Assembly: GCA_964587045.1 (NCBI GenBank)
Contig: CAZPJY010000003.1
Span: 2,079 to 65,672 of the forward strand
Direction: 5' to 3'
Length of the DNA: 63,594 nucleotides
Source: an uncultured Methanosarcinales archaeon
GTDB lineage: Archaea; Nanobdellota; Nanobdellia; Woesearchaeales; CAZPJY01
A program made the position numbers and the translations under genes. Position 1 is the first letter of the stretch. The number at the start of each line of letters is the position of its first letter. Shown here piece after piece: positions 9,077-18,665 of the stretch. The notes beneath the pieces are model-generated. The model was not told the origin of the DNA. It ran no database searches and worked only from the letters and a program-made list of their open reading frames with translations.

Positions 9077-9394
9077 ATGGCAAAGAAATCATCATCAGAT
9101 GACAGTAAGGTATTCGCACTCCTTTCTTATCTTGGCATACTTGTGCTGATACCTCTAATAATGAAGAAGGACGACGCGTTCGTGAAGTTCCACGCCAAGC
9201 AGGGACTGGTGCTGTTCATCTTCGAACTGGTGCTGTATGTCCTAGCGGTGATTCCGGTCATCGGATGGATACTGGCACCGATCGGATGGGTTATCGCGCT
9301 GATACTCTCCATCATGGGCATAATCTACTCGCTTCAGGGCAAAAAGTGGGTGATGCCTGTGCTTGGTAAGTACGCAGACAAGTTTTCTCTCTGA
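9077..9394 (+). CDS. small membrane protein, DUF4870-like
   Basis: 105 aa. ALLSYLGILVLIPLIMKKDDAFVKFHAKQGLVL plus two further TM helices, the pattern typical of the DUF4870 family. Confidence 0.6.
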   Translation: MAKKSSSDDSKVFALLSYLGILVLIPLIMKKDDAFVKFHAKQGLVLFIFELVLYVLAVIPVIGWILAPIGWVIALILSIMGIIYSLQGKKWVMPVLGKYADKFSL

Positions 9395-9408
9395 TTCTTT
9401 CTCTTTTT

Positions 9409-9558
9409 TCATTCTCTTAAGAGCACCATGTAGCCTAAAGTTGCCACTGCTGAGAACACGAAGAGCCACTGCAGGCTGGAGAACGCGACGACAGCTGCGA
9501 GTACGGAGACACGGCCTCCGTTGAGGTAGAGCTCCCGGGCCATGAAGTAGTTGGGCAT
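9409..9558 (-). CDS. possible 49-aa membrane peptide
   Basis: Hand-translated: MPNYFMARELYLNGGRVSVLAAVVAFSSLQWLFVFSAVATLGYMVLLRE. ATG lies 2 nt after the hel308-N stop, with an AAGAATAATAAAGG box about 30 nt upstream. Below the ORF-track size cut-off. Confidence 0.3.
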   Translation of the reverse strand: MPNYFMARELYLNGGRVSVLAAVVAFSSLQWLFVFSAVATLGYMVLLRE

Positions 9559-9560
9559 AC

Positions 9561-10262
9561 CTATTCTTTCCGTTTCCTGCCTTTATTATTCTTTCTCTTG
9601 TGGAACTCAACCTGCCCTCCGAAGTACACGCCTTCCTTGAGCTCGACCGGCCTCCACGTGTCAAGCACCAGCTGGGCTCCCAGCCACTGAGCGAGGGTTT
9701 TTGGGTTCCCTATGGTAGCGGAGAGCGCTATTACCTGTACCTTCGGGAGCATTGCCCTGAGCAGAGTGATAAGAACCTCGAGGGTGGGCCCCCTGCCCGG
9801 ATCGTTGAGCATGTGTATCTCGTCGACGACGACCACCTTCACCTCAGGCAGCCAGGGTGTGTGGTGCCTGATCAGGCTGTCCAGCTTCTCCGAAGTGCAT
9901 ATGATGAGGTCGAAGTCACGCAGGTAGGTATCGGCCTTGTCCATGTCTCCGATGGAGAGCGCGACCCTGGCATGTCCCTTGTACCTCCTGACGAACTCCT
10001 TGTACTTCTCTGTTGCGAGAGCCTTCAGTGGCACTATGTAGACCGCCTTGCCCTTCGAGTGGAGTATGGTCTTGAGCATGGCCATCTCGGCAACGAGGGT
10101 CTTTCCGGAGGCCGTGGGTGTGCAGACCAGGAGGCTCTTTCCCCTGAGCAGTCCTGCCTTGACTGCTTTGCTCTGGGCCGGCCTGAGCTCCTTGATGCCT
10201 TCGCCCTCCAGGATTTTGTAGATGTCTGATGGCAGATCCTTCTTGACCTGTTCGAGCCTCAT
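9561..10262 (-). CDS. hel308: Hel308/Ski2-type helicase, N-terminal fragment (RecA1 domain only)
   Basis: LRPAQ, Walker A CTPTASGKT, VVDEIH, LSAT motifs. Ends RPVELKEGVYFGGQVEFH plus a 12-aa basic tail KRKNNKGRKRKE. No RecA2 domain. Confidence 0.85.
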   Translation of the reverse strand: MRLEQVKKDLPSDIYKILEGEGIKELRPAQSKAVKAGLLRGKSLLVCTPTASGKTLVAEMAMLKTILHSKGKAVYIVPLKALATEKYKEFVRRYKGHARVALSIGDMDKADTYLRDFDLIICTSEKLDSLIRHHTPWLPEVKVVVVDEIHMLNDPGRGPTLEVLITLLRAMLPKVQVIALSATIGNPKTLAQWLGAQLVLDTWRPVELKEGVYFGGQVEFHKRKNNKGRKRKE

Positions 10263-10342
10263 GGGCCTTGGGATTGGGAGGGTGACTATTAAGTTTTTGG
10301 GTGCGAAAGTCTTAAATAATCACGGCTGCCGTGCCGGTTGGT

Positions 10343-11371
10343 ATGGAGTCACAGCCGATACTTGCTTCAGGACTGATAAGCAAGATATTGCCCCAGCTCG
10401 CTGAAACATACTACCTGTTAAACGCGCTGATGTACAACGACAGGAGCTCGGAGCTTACAGACTACATTGCGCATCTCGACCCTTTTGCCAAGGATGTTTT
10501 CGCAAACTTCACCATGCACATTTCGGAAAACGCGCCTGCAGAGCTCAACAAGGTGCTGAGCGCCATCGGAGAATACTCAGTCACCATCGCGACGAACGTC
10601 ACCCACCCCAGGAAGGAGAGGCTCAGGAGCATAAGCGATATTATAATCGAGAAGGCAACGCCCTACTCAGGAGGCAAGGGCGGACAGCTGATACTGCCCT
10701 ACAGCACAGACCCTTCTGCTCCGTATGTTGAGAAGCTGACAGGGCTGATTCTGAAGCACAACAAAGGAGACCTGACCGAGGCAGTTGATAAGGCAATGGC
10801 AGAGGTCGAGCTGGATGAGAGCAGGAGGCTGCTGCAATGCAAGGTCAGGAACGCATTCATCACCTCAGAGCGCAGGAGGATCACTGGATTGGCCGACCGG
10901 GTCTCCAAGTCTCTATGGGTCGGCGAGAAATTATCCGAGAAGAGGAGGAGGTTCAAGGCGGCACGTGAGTATGACCTGATGGTCGCGTCACCGATGCTGT
11001 TGGGCAACATCAGCCACGAGCTGATGCTCGCACTGATATCTGTCGCCTCCATAGGAGGCATAACCGGGCTGGACGGGCAGGATCTCACCGTCAACCACCT
11101 GCTGCTCGGGTTCGAAGAGGACATCAGGGCGGGTAAGAGGCTCATCGAACGAATCGCATCGATCGCAGCGGACGAAGGATATTCAAGAAGCCTGGTGGAG
11201 GGCCGCATAAAGGAGCTGCGGCAGGATCTCATGGCGGACAAGGAAGCGCAAAAGGCTGCTCTGCGTGTTCGGCTCTCCTTTCGCGAGAGCTTCCTGCAGG
11301 CCACGGGGTCGGATGTCCGGCTGGATTCCAAGATAGATGAAGAGTACGCCTTGAGAGAAGGCTATATGTAG
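10343..11371 (+). CDS. hypothetical protein
   Basis: ORF 10331-11371. First ATG at 10343, about 30 nt after a CTTAAATAATC box. Helical, no motif recognised. Confidence 0.5.
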   Translation: MESQPILASGLISKILPQLAETYYLLNALMYNDRSSELTDYIAHLDPFAKDVFANFTMHISENAPAELNKVLSAIGEYSVTIATNVTHPRKERLRSISDIIIEKATPYSGGKGGQLILPYSTDPSAPYVEKLTGLILKHNKGDLTEAVDKAMAEVELDESRRLLQCKVRNAFITSERRRITGLADRVSKSLWVGEKLSEKRRRFKAAREYDLMVASPMLLGNISHELMLALISVASIGGITGLDGQDLTVNHLLLGFEEDIRAGKRLIERIASIAADEGYSRSLVEGRIKELRQDLMADKEAQKAALRVRLSFRESFLQATGSDVRLDSKIDEEYALREGYM

Positions 11372-12303
11372 TTCTTGTTCTTGAAGTATATGTAAAGGAA
11401 CAGTATCGATACCACCATGAGGCCTATTGCGAAGGGGTATCCGCCCAGCCAGCTGATCTCTGGCATGAAGCGGAAGTTCATGCCGTATATCCCAGTTATG
11501 AGTGTCGGCACGAGGATGAACGAGCCGTACACCGTCAGCTTCCTCATGATCTCGTTGAGGTTGTTCGATACAGAGGTCAGGTATATGTCCACGGTGCTCG
11601 TTATGATATCCCTGAAGGTCTCCTCCATGTCGATCAGCTGCACAACGTCGTTGTACACTTCGCGGAACCTGTGGGCTTGCCGCTTGTCGAGATGGCTGAG
11701 GTATCCCTTCTCTATTGCCGTTATTACCTCCCTGTTGGCTATGAGCGCCTTGTGGTAGAATATCAGCGTCTTTTTGATGGAGAAGAGCTTGTTCAGCACC
11801 GACTTGTCAGGGTTTTTCAGCACCCTCTCTTCCACCAGTTCAGCATCATCCTCAATCTCTCCTGATACGCGGAAGAAGTCATTGGATATCTCATCCAGTA
11901 TCTTGTATATGAGCATGGTCGGGTTCTCGAGGATCTTTAGCTTGATGGACTCTGCCAGGGCGCGCAGCCTGTCCACGGCAGCTATCTTCTTTGGCTTGAG
12001 GGTGATTGTCGTCGAACCTATGACGAAGAACGAGACCGGCACCAGCCTCTGCCTCTTGTCTGCAAGGTTGGGCGCGGCATAGACGACCTGGGAATACTCC
12101 TCGGAGTCGAAATATTCGGGCCTTGCGAACTTCTCCAGAAGTTCCGATAGGTCCTGGGTTAGTATGCCTGTGATGTGGGATAGCTGTTCGAGCTCGTGCT
12201 TGGTGGGATCGACGCAGTCTATCCAGAGATGTCCTTCTTTCTTGTGGTCCTCAAGGGTGCCTTCACTTATCTTGCCGTTCACTACCCTTGTAATTATTAA
12301 CAT
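11362..12303 (-). CDS. corA: CorA-family magnesium/cobalt transporter
   Basis: C-terminal GIYGMNF (GMN motif) followed by two TM helices. 313 aa. Confidence 0.85.
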   Translation of the reverse strand: MLIITRVVNGKISEGTLEDHKKEGHLWIDCVDPTKHELEQLSHITGILTQDLSELLEKFARPEYFDSEEYSQVVYAAPNLADKRQRLVPVSFFVIGSTTITLKPKKIAAVDRLRALAESIKLKILENPTMLIYKILDEISNDFFRVSGEIEDDAELVEERVLKNPDKSVLNKLFSIKKTLIFYHKALIANREVITAIEKGYLSHLDKRQAHRFREVYNDVVQLIDMEETFRDIITSTVDIYLTSVSNNLNEIMRKLTVYGSFILVPTLITGIYGMNFRFMPEISWLGGYPFAIGLMVVSILFLYIYFKNKNYI

Positions 12304-12481
12304 AGCTGGTGACTGGACATTTCAGTATTTAAACTTTTAGCGTCACTTGGGGATATAAACCCATACAAATCTCCCATTTTTACAGGAAATATCTTCTATA
12401 GGACAATAATATTTATATATTAGTAGATAAATTTCTATACTAGTATAATAAACCACTTTTTGGTCGTCGGACGGTGAGCAT

Positions 12482-13591
12482 GTGAATCAGAGCAATCTCC
12501 TTAATTGGCTACATTCTGAAGGTTTGCTTGCGACAGCCGAATCCAATGCTCAAGCTATGAAAAACGTGTTCACAGAAGTCCTCGGCATAAATGAAGAAAA
12601 ACCTCTCCTAATCAGCGACTTCGGTCTACCCAGCAGGCGCGCGGCACCAGTGCTCACCGGCGCATTCATCATCGCCGCGCGCCGTGCTGGCCTAGAGCTC
12701 AACATGGTCATGCAGAAGCCGAAGTTCAAGGGCGAAAAAGCCGAAGAAGACATAGTCAACATGATTCAGGGCCTCGAAGGCCAGGGCGTCCTCATCAAGG
12801 CCCTCTCAGGAAGGCTCGGCTACAGGGAATCGACCAACCAGAGCATAAGGCACTACCTGAGGAAAGCTGGACACAGGTTCATCTCCACACAAGGGCTCGC
12901 CTACCTGCACAACTCCCAGATAGACTGGCTCTTCTCATCAATAAATGTTGACTACCCCCTCATGCGTAAGCTGGGATCGGTCATCAAGCAGCTGCTTGAC
13001 GACGCGCATGAGGTTCACATCACCTCACCTGGAGGCACAGACCTCTATCTCAGCATCAGCGGCAAGAAGGCGATAGCCAACGTCGCTGATTACCTCACGG
13101 CAGGCAGGGGCGGGAACCTGCCAGCCGGCGAGGTCTACTTACCACCTGTCAAAGGGAAGGCCGAAGGCGTCCTGGTGGTTGACGGCTCGCTCAGGACAAC
13201 CGATAACACTTACATTTTCTCCAGGCCAACAGTCCTTACCATTGAAGCAGGCCAGATAGTGGACATCCAAGGAGAGGGAGCCCGCGCGATGGAGCTCACC
13301 CTCGACACTGCCGAGCTACATTCTCCCAACCCTCAAAACACCAGGTTGGTATCTGAGCTGGGCATAGGCATCAACCCAAACGCCCGCGTTGTCGGCCCGA
13401 CCATAATAAACGAAAAAGCGTTAGGCACCGCGCACATTGCGATAGGCTCAAACGACTGGTTCGGTGGCGATATCAAGGCAAACCTACACCTCGACCAGGT
13501 GTTCTGCAAGCCAAAGATCGAGCTCGATGGAAAATGCATATCACTCGAGGAGGCATCCCTAGCCTCCTCCCAACTAGTAAGCATACCATGA
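12482..13591 (+). CDS. M29-family (aminopeptidase T/S-like) metallo-aminopeptidase
   Basis: GNLPAGEVYLPP, LVVDGS and LGTAHIAIGSN motifs. GTG start, because the overlapping ATG is followed immediately by a stop. Confidence 0.65.
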   Translation: MNQSNLLNWLHSEGLLATAESNAQAMKNVFTEVLGINEEKPLLISDFGLPSRRAAPVLTGAFIIAARRAGLELNMVMQKPKFKGEKAEEDIVNMIQGLEGQGVLIKALSGRLGYRESTNQSIRHYLRKAGHRFISTQGLAYLHNSQIDWLFSSINVDYPLMRKLGSVIKQLLDDAHEVHITSPGGTDLYLSISGKKAIANVADYLTAGRGGNLPAGEVYLPPVKGKAEGVLVVDGSLRTTDNTYIFSRPTVLTIEAGQIVDIQGEGARAMELTLDTAELHSPNPQNTRLVSELGIGINPNARVVGPTIINEKALGTAHIAIGSNDWFGGDIKANLHLDQVFCKPKIELDGKCISLEEASLASSQLVSIP

Positions 13592-14487
13592 GGATTGAAA
13601 AAAAGCAGCTGGAAATAGAAAGCCTGCCCGACGGTTCGCCGGTCATATTATCATATCTACAAATCCAGGGGAAGCCATCAAAAAAGAAAGCTGCCATAAT
13701 AGCCACGCAGCACGGCGACGAGTTCTTCTCAATCGCAATCATCAACTCATTCATAACCAGCCTCACGAGTTTTGATGGCGAGCTTTTGATATTCCCTGTC
13801 GCAAACCCGCTGGCCTTCAACATACGACGAAGGAGGAACATGATTGACAGGCAGGACATGAACCGCATGTGGCCCGGCAAGAAGGATGGGACCCTAACCC
13901 AGCAGCTTTGCTACCACATCTTCAGGACGATAAAGGACTGCGACTGCGTCCTCGACCTGCACAACGGCAACGAGCACACCCTCGTCGCTCCCCAAGCCAG
14001 GATGAGCGAAAAGCAGCAGCAAAAAGAGAGGGACCTCGCAAAAAACCTGGGAGTCAGCTTCGTCGTGCCCAGCGGGCTGAAAGGGCAAAACACCCTCATC
14101 CACACCCTGAACAAGCACGGCATCCCCGGAGTCACGATCGAGATCGGCGAGGGCCAGCGCATTGACACAACCTTCATTAAGAAAGGTGTGCATATCATCA
14201 GGAATTTCCTGGCATACAACAGGATGCTACCCAAGGCAGTTGGCCAAAAAAAAACCCTGTTCTTCAAGCAGGACGGATACGAGTACATGAGAGCTGAAGA
14301 AGGAGGTCTTTTCATACCAAACCTTGAAGCGCTGGGCAAGAAGACACAACTGCTGGGCGAGCTCACCAGCTTCGCCGACTACACGACCAAGCAGATTAAG
14401 CTCGAGTCGCCAAAGTACATACTTTCTCTTTTCGTATCAGGTGTTATATCAGAAGGCCACATCATCGCAAGAATCAGCAAAGACTAA
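13588..14487 (+). CDS. succinylglutamate desuccinylase/aspartoacylase (AstE/AspA, M14-like) family zinc hydrolase
   Basis: ATQHGDE (HxxE zinc site) and LDLHNG motifs. ATGA start/stop overlap with the M29 gene. Confidence 0.65.
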   Translation: MRIEKKQLEIESLPDGSPVILSYLQIQGKPSKKKAAIIATQHGDEFFSIAIINSFITSLTSFDGELLIFPVANPLAFNIRRRRNMIDRQDMNRMWPGKKDGTLTQQLCYHIFRTIKDCDCVLDLHNGNEHTLVAPQARMSEKQQQKERDLAKNLGVSFVVPSGLKGQNTLIHTLNKHGIPGVTIEIGEGQRIDTTFIKKGVHIIRNFLAYNRMLPKAVGQKKTLFFKQDGYEYMRAEEGGLFIPNLEALGKKTQLLGELTSFADYTTKQIKLESPKYILSLFVSGVISEGHIIARISKD

Positions 14488-15314
14488 GCCACCTTCTCGA
14501 GATAGTCCACAATAAGCTTAGGTATGTCGATCCCTGTCGCGGCGACCAGCCCCTGGAACTGCGGCGCCCGGTTCACCTCAATAACATAAGGCTTGCCTTC
14601 AGAGAGGACTATATCCACGCCGGCGATCTCGATTCCCATCACCTTGGCAGCCTTCACAGCCAGGCTCTCGACCTCCTTGGTCGGCCTGAAGGCTTCGATT
14701 CCCCCTCCGAGGGCCACGTTGGAACGCCACTCCCCTTCCTTGGCTTTCCTCATGCCCGAGGCAACGACCTTGCCGCCAATGACAAAGACCCGGATGTCCG
14801 ATCCTCCAGCCTCGATGAATTCCTGGATCAGGCTTTTAGGCCTCAGGGTAGACTTGAAATCTTCTTCACGGCTGACGTCCCTGCCCTTCGAACCGAGGAT
14901 GGGCTTGACAACAGGCTTCTCGAGATCGATGGCCTTCAGCAGCGACTTGCACCTGATGAAGTAGCTCTTTGGGTGCGGCACCTTTGCGCGGGAGAGCATC
15001 GCGAGGGTGAAGACCTTATCATAATCCCGCGAGACGTGGACCGGAGCGTCCACGACCTTGACTCCCAACGTCTCGAGGATGTTGAGGAACCTCCTGCCGT
15101 CGTCCTTGACCACTGACGTGAATCCTCCCCTTACCAGGAGTACGTCGGGCAGCGTGTACTCGGAGTCTTTATAGAAGAGCTTGACCTCCTTTCCCAGCTC
15201 GTAAGAGACGTTCCTGGGGTCGATGAAGGCGCATTCCATCCCCCTCTCTGATATCTCCTCGAGTATTCTCTTGTTCTCCCAGCTCTGGGAAACCGCAGCA
15301 ACATCGATGCGCAT
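14484..15314 (-). CDS. RimK/LysX-type ATP-grasp ligase
   Basis: VVKPILGSKGRDV, IQEFIEAGGSDIRVFVIGGKVV and GVDIV...YVIEVNRAPQF are ATP-grasp signatures. Convergent with the AstE-like gene, with a 4-nt overlap. Confidence 0.7.
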   Translation of the reverse strand: MRIDVAAVSQSWENKRILEEISERGMECAFIDPRNVSYELGKEVKLFYKDSEYTLPDVLLVRGGFTSVVKDDGRRFLNILETLGVKVVDAPVHVSRDYDKVFTLAMLSRAKVPHPKSYFIRCKSLLKAIDLEKPVVKPILGSKGRDVSREEDFKSTLRPKSLIQEFIEAGGSDIRVFVIGGKVVASGMRKAKEGEWRSNVALGGGIEAFRPTKEVESLAVKAAKVMGIEIAGVDIVLSEGKPYVIEVNRAPQFQGLVAATGIDIPKLIVDYLEKVA

Positions 15315-15390
15315 CGTACCACCGGAATCCTGCTCATATTTAATCCTTTTCTAATAAGCTTTTTATAGTCCCGGAGTTTCGCAACCTTGC

Positions 15391-17790
15391 ATGCGATTGC
15401 GCACCCTCCATCTTAAAAATATAAGGAGCTACGACGAGGTAGAGATAGCTTTCCCGAATGGGTCAGTCCTCCTCAGCGGAGACATCGGCGCGGGCAAGTC
15501 GACCATACTACTGGCAGTCGAGTTCGCGCTCTTCGGCCTGATGAAAGGGTCCCTCTCAGGTGCCGCGCTGCTGCGCCATGGCGAAAAGGACGGGAGCGTC
15601 CGCCTTTCCTTCGATCTCGACGGCAAACAGGTCGTTATCAAGAGGAGTCTCAAGAGGGACGCGCGGGGAGTGCGCCAGGACAAGGGCTCAATATCCATCA
15701 GCGGTTCGAGCACCGAATGCACGCCGGTGGAGCTGCGCGCGCGCGTCGTGGAGATGCTCGGCTACCCTCCCCAATCGCTCTCAAAGGACAAGGCCCTGAT
15801 CTACAGGTACACGGTATACACTCCACAAGAGGAGATGAAGCAGATACTGACCGCCAACGCGGACGAGCGCCTCGACATCCTGAGATCTGTGTTCGGAATC
15901 GACAAGTACCGGCGGGCCAGGCAAAACGTCGTTCCCATCAGCAGGTCCATCCGCTCGATGGTCGACCAGATGGAAGGCAGGCTCACAAGCTTCGAGCAGA
16001 CCAAGAAAGAGTTTGCAGAAAACAAAGAGAAGGTACAGGAGATCAAGTCCAGGCTGGACAGGCTCGCGCCGAGGCTTGAGGAGCAGCGCTCCAAGGCCAA
16101 GGCAGCAGAGCGGGAGATGCAGCGCAGCCAGGAAGCCATGACCAGGATTGAAAAGACCATCGCAATAGGCGAGGCGCTGCGGGAACGCATAGTCCACCAC
16201 AAGGAGGAGGAGGTCGAGGTGTCCCGTGAAATCGCCGAGCTCGACGCAGCACACGACACCCTGCTGGTCCCGACCTTCAAGGAATTCGGCATCAGGCCAA
16301 CACACCTCGGGCTCGATGAAGTGAGGAAGCTGCTCAACGAGCGCAGGGCCGAGGCCTCCAATTTGATAAAGGAGAGGTCAGCGCTCCACGAGAGATACAG
16401 GTCGCTTTCTAAGGAGTACGAGACCCTCAGGTCGGTTCCTGACCACAGCGTCCGCATAGAGATCCTCACAGCTAAGGTGAACAAGAGGGCCGAGCTGGCC
16501 GAACGCAGGAAGTACGCACAGGAAAAAATCATCGCGGCCGAGAGGAGAATCTCAGAGGTCAGGACCGTCATCGAGCAGTCAACTCAAATCGCCGAGACCA
16601 TAGGATCCCTCGATGTATGCCCACTGTGCAAGCAGAAGGTGGACGCGGAGCACAAGCATACCATAAGGACTGACGAAAGGGAGAAGGTCCGAACAGCCAA
16701 ATCATCTCTGGAAAGCGCTGAGGCAGATGTGTCGGTTGCAAAAAAGAAGCTTGAATCGGCCGAAGCAGAGCTCAATGAGACTGACCAGTACGCACTTGAG
16801 CTGGCCAGGCTTACCTCGCAGAGGAACGATTCCCTCTCGAGGCTTAAGGAGGTCACCATACTTCTGGCTGAGACCAAGTCCAGGCTGGAGAGCCTCCCAG
16901 AATCTGAAGAGGTGAAGCTTCGGAAACTCGAGGAACTCGCAGAGAGGCTGCGCGAGTTCGAGGAGGCCAAGGATGCTTTCGTGCGAGCCGCGGAAAGGCT
17001 CAGGCAGAACGAGATCTCAGCTGCCCAGAGGAGGGAGCAACTGAAACGCATAGGCTCCCAGCTCAGAGAAGCTGTCGAGCAGGAGAAGGGACTTTTGGCC
17101 ACCCTCACCGACGCCGACACTGTGAAGGGAAGGCTCTCCTCGTCAAAACAGCAGGTTGAGAGGGAGAGGGAAGCCCTGCGCAGGCTCGAGCTGGAGGAGG
17201 CCGAGCTGAAGGCTTCCCTGCGCGCCGCGACTGAGCGGGCGGGCAGCCTCGCCGATGCGTTCAAGGAGCTAAGGGAGATCAAGAGTAAGCAGGCCAGGCT
17301 GAAGCGCCTGCGCGCCTGGCTAAACGACCACTTCTCGAGGCTGATGGAGGTCATCGAGAGGCATGTGATGGCCCAGCTCCACCGCGAGTTCGACGCATTG
17401 TTCAGGAACTGGTTCGACCTCCTACTCGAGGACGAATCCCTCAGCGCGAGGCTGGGGACCGACTTCGCTCCTTTGCTCGAGCAGAACGGATACGACACAG
17501 ACATAACCAACCTGTCGGGAGGTGAGCGCACCTCCCTCGCCCTGGCCTACCGGCTCGCTCTCAACAAGGTCATCAACGACTACATCTCGACTATCCACAC
17601 GCGCGACCTCATAATCCTTGACGAGCCGACCGACGGCTTCTCGACAGAGCAGCTCGACAGGGTAAGGGAAGTGCTGGAGGATCTGAGGATAAGCCAGGTG
17701 ATTCTGGTGTCGCATGAGCCGAAAATGGAGAGCTTCGTAGAAAATATTATAAGGATAAATAAATCTGAACACTTGAGTAGGGTGATGTGA
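15391..17790 (+). CDS. rad50: Rad50 (SMC-like DNA double-strand-break repair ATPase)
   Basis: Walker A GDIGAGKST, long coiled coils, central zinc hook CPLC (SLDVCPLCKQKV), signature LSGGERTSLALAYRLAL, Walker B LIILDEPTDGF. Confidence 0.85.
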   Translation: MRLRTLHLKNIRSYDEVEIAFPNGSVLLSGDIGAGKSTILLAVEFALFGLMKGSLSGAALLRHGEKDGSVRLSFDLDGKQVVIKRSLKRDARGVRQDKGSISISGSSTECTPVELRARVVEMLGYPPQSLSKDKALIYRYTVYTPQEEMKQILTANADERLDILRSVFGIDKYRRARQNVVPISRSIRSMVDQMEGRLTSFEQTKKEFAENKEKVQEIKSRLDRLAPRLEEQRSKAKAAEREMQRSQEAMTRIEKTIAIGEALRERIVHHKEEEVEVSREIAELDAAHDTLLVPTFKEFGIRPTHLGLDEVRKLLNERRAEASNLIKERSALHERYRSLSKEYETLRSVPDHSVRIEILTAKVNKRAELAERRKYAQEKIIAAERRISEVRTVIEQSTQIAETIGSLDVCPLCKQKVDAEHKHTIRTDEREKVRTAKSSLESAEADVSVAKKKLESAEAELNETDQYALELARLTSQRNDSLSRLKEVTILLAETKSRLESLPESEEVKLRKLEELAERLREFEEAKDAFVRAAERLRQNEISAAQRREQLKRIGSQLREAVEQEKGLLATLTDADTVKGRLSSSKQQVEREREALRRLELEEAELKASLRAATERAGSLADAFKELREIKSKQARLKRLRAWLNDHFSRLMEVIERHVMAQLHREFDALFRNWFDLLLEDESLSARLGTDFAPLLEQNGYDTDITNLSGGERTSLALAYRLALNKVINDYISTIHTRDLIILDEPTDGFSTEQLDRVREVLEDLRISQVILVSHEPKMESFVENIIRINKSEHLSRVM

Positions 17791-18665
17791 TGCAGTACGA
17801 GACTTTCCTTGAGCTGATGGAAGATTTCTTCCCGAACAGAGCAGAGGAGATACTGGACCAGGAGTACAGGAAGTTCGGCATCGACGATATCGAAACTGCT
17901 GATGAGAATCAGAAGTTCCAGCTGGTCAACGAGATAATCTCCAAGTACGGCAAGTTCAGCAGCCAGAGGAACAGACTTCTCTACGACAGCATGCTCGAGG
18001 TCCTGTCGCTCAAGCCCAAGATCAACATCGAGACTGCCAAGGTCACCGACGTCGGCCCGACGGAGAACATCGTCCTCAACGAGCTCAAGCAGTACGGCAA
18101 GAAGCTCAACAACTTCTACGAGGACTACGAGCTGGTGCTCAACATTTACTGGCAAAAAGGTCTCGAGATGATATTCAAGGGCGAGGAGGAATATGAAGTT
18201 CTGGCGACGGTGAGCAGGGAGCTGCGCGCTCTGAGGCAGCAGCTCTTCGACCACTACACAGACATGCTTGAGAGCCTCCACCTCTCCCAGATCAACAAGC
18301 TGGCCAGGATGAGGAGATCTGAGGTGTTCCATCTCACCGGCGAGAGCATGATCAACTTCACGCCCAACCTGAACAACCAGCAAAAGCAGCTGCTAAACAT
18401 CCTGCACGAGTTCTGGAACAAGATCCAGCTGACGCTGAGCGAACTGCGCGACCTCTTCCTCGACGCGATGGACGAGGACATCAAGCTCAAGCGACGCAGC
18501 TACGACGACCAGGAACTGGTCTCGTTCACCCAGGATGAGATCAAGATGATCTGGAACAAGCTGATTAATGAGTACGACAACCTCCAGCTGAAGATCGCCT
18601 CAGACCCGGCGATCGAGGAGGTCAACAGGCAGCTGGCTAGTATCGAAGACCGCCGAGCTCAATAG
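17790..18665 (+). CDS. hypothetical acidic coiled-coil protein, translationally coupled to rad50
   Basis: ATG overlaps the rad50 TGA (TGATG). About 291 aa, helical, E/D/L/Q-rich. No phosphoesterase (Mre11) motifs seen. Confidence 0.55.
   Translation: MQYETFLELMEDFFPNRAEEILDQEYRKFGIDDIETADENQKFQLVNEIISKYGKFSSQRNRLLYDSMLEVLSLKPKINIETAKVTDVGPTENIVLNELKQYGKKLNNFYEDYELVLNIYWQKGLEMIFKGEEEYEVLATVSRELRALRQQLFDHYTDMLESLHLSQINKLARMRRSEVFHLTGESMINFTPNLNNQQKQLLNILHEFWNKIQLTLSELRDLFLDAMDEDIKLKRRSYDDQELVSFTQDEIKMIWNKLINEYDNLQLKIASDPAIEEVNRQLASIEDRRAQ

Noticed and set aside
12304-12481. 178-nt very AT-rich spacer between corA and the M29 gene, considered as a possible ncRNA or mobile remnant.
   Set aside because: It contains several TATA-like boxes consistent with a divergent promoter region. 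No stable structure or repeat was recognisable by eye.
1291-17531. Many long antisense or off-frame ORFs in the track (for example 1291-1995, 15801-16571, 16584-17531, and also 40013-40576, 40735-41478 and 44251-45048).
   Set aside because: They lie opposite or out of frame with genes that carry clear family motifs (scpA, rad50, hel308, prs, signal peptidase). High G+C suppresses stop codons, which produces such shadow ORFs.
17790-18665. ORF downstream of rad50 as a divergent Mre11.
   Set aside because: None of the metallophosphoesterase motifs is visible, and the protein is predicted to be almost entirely helical and acidic.
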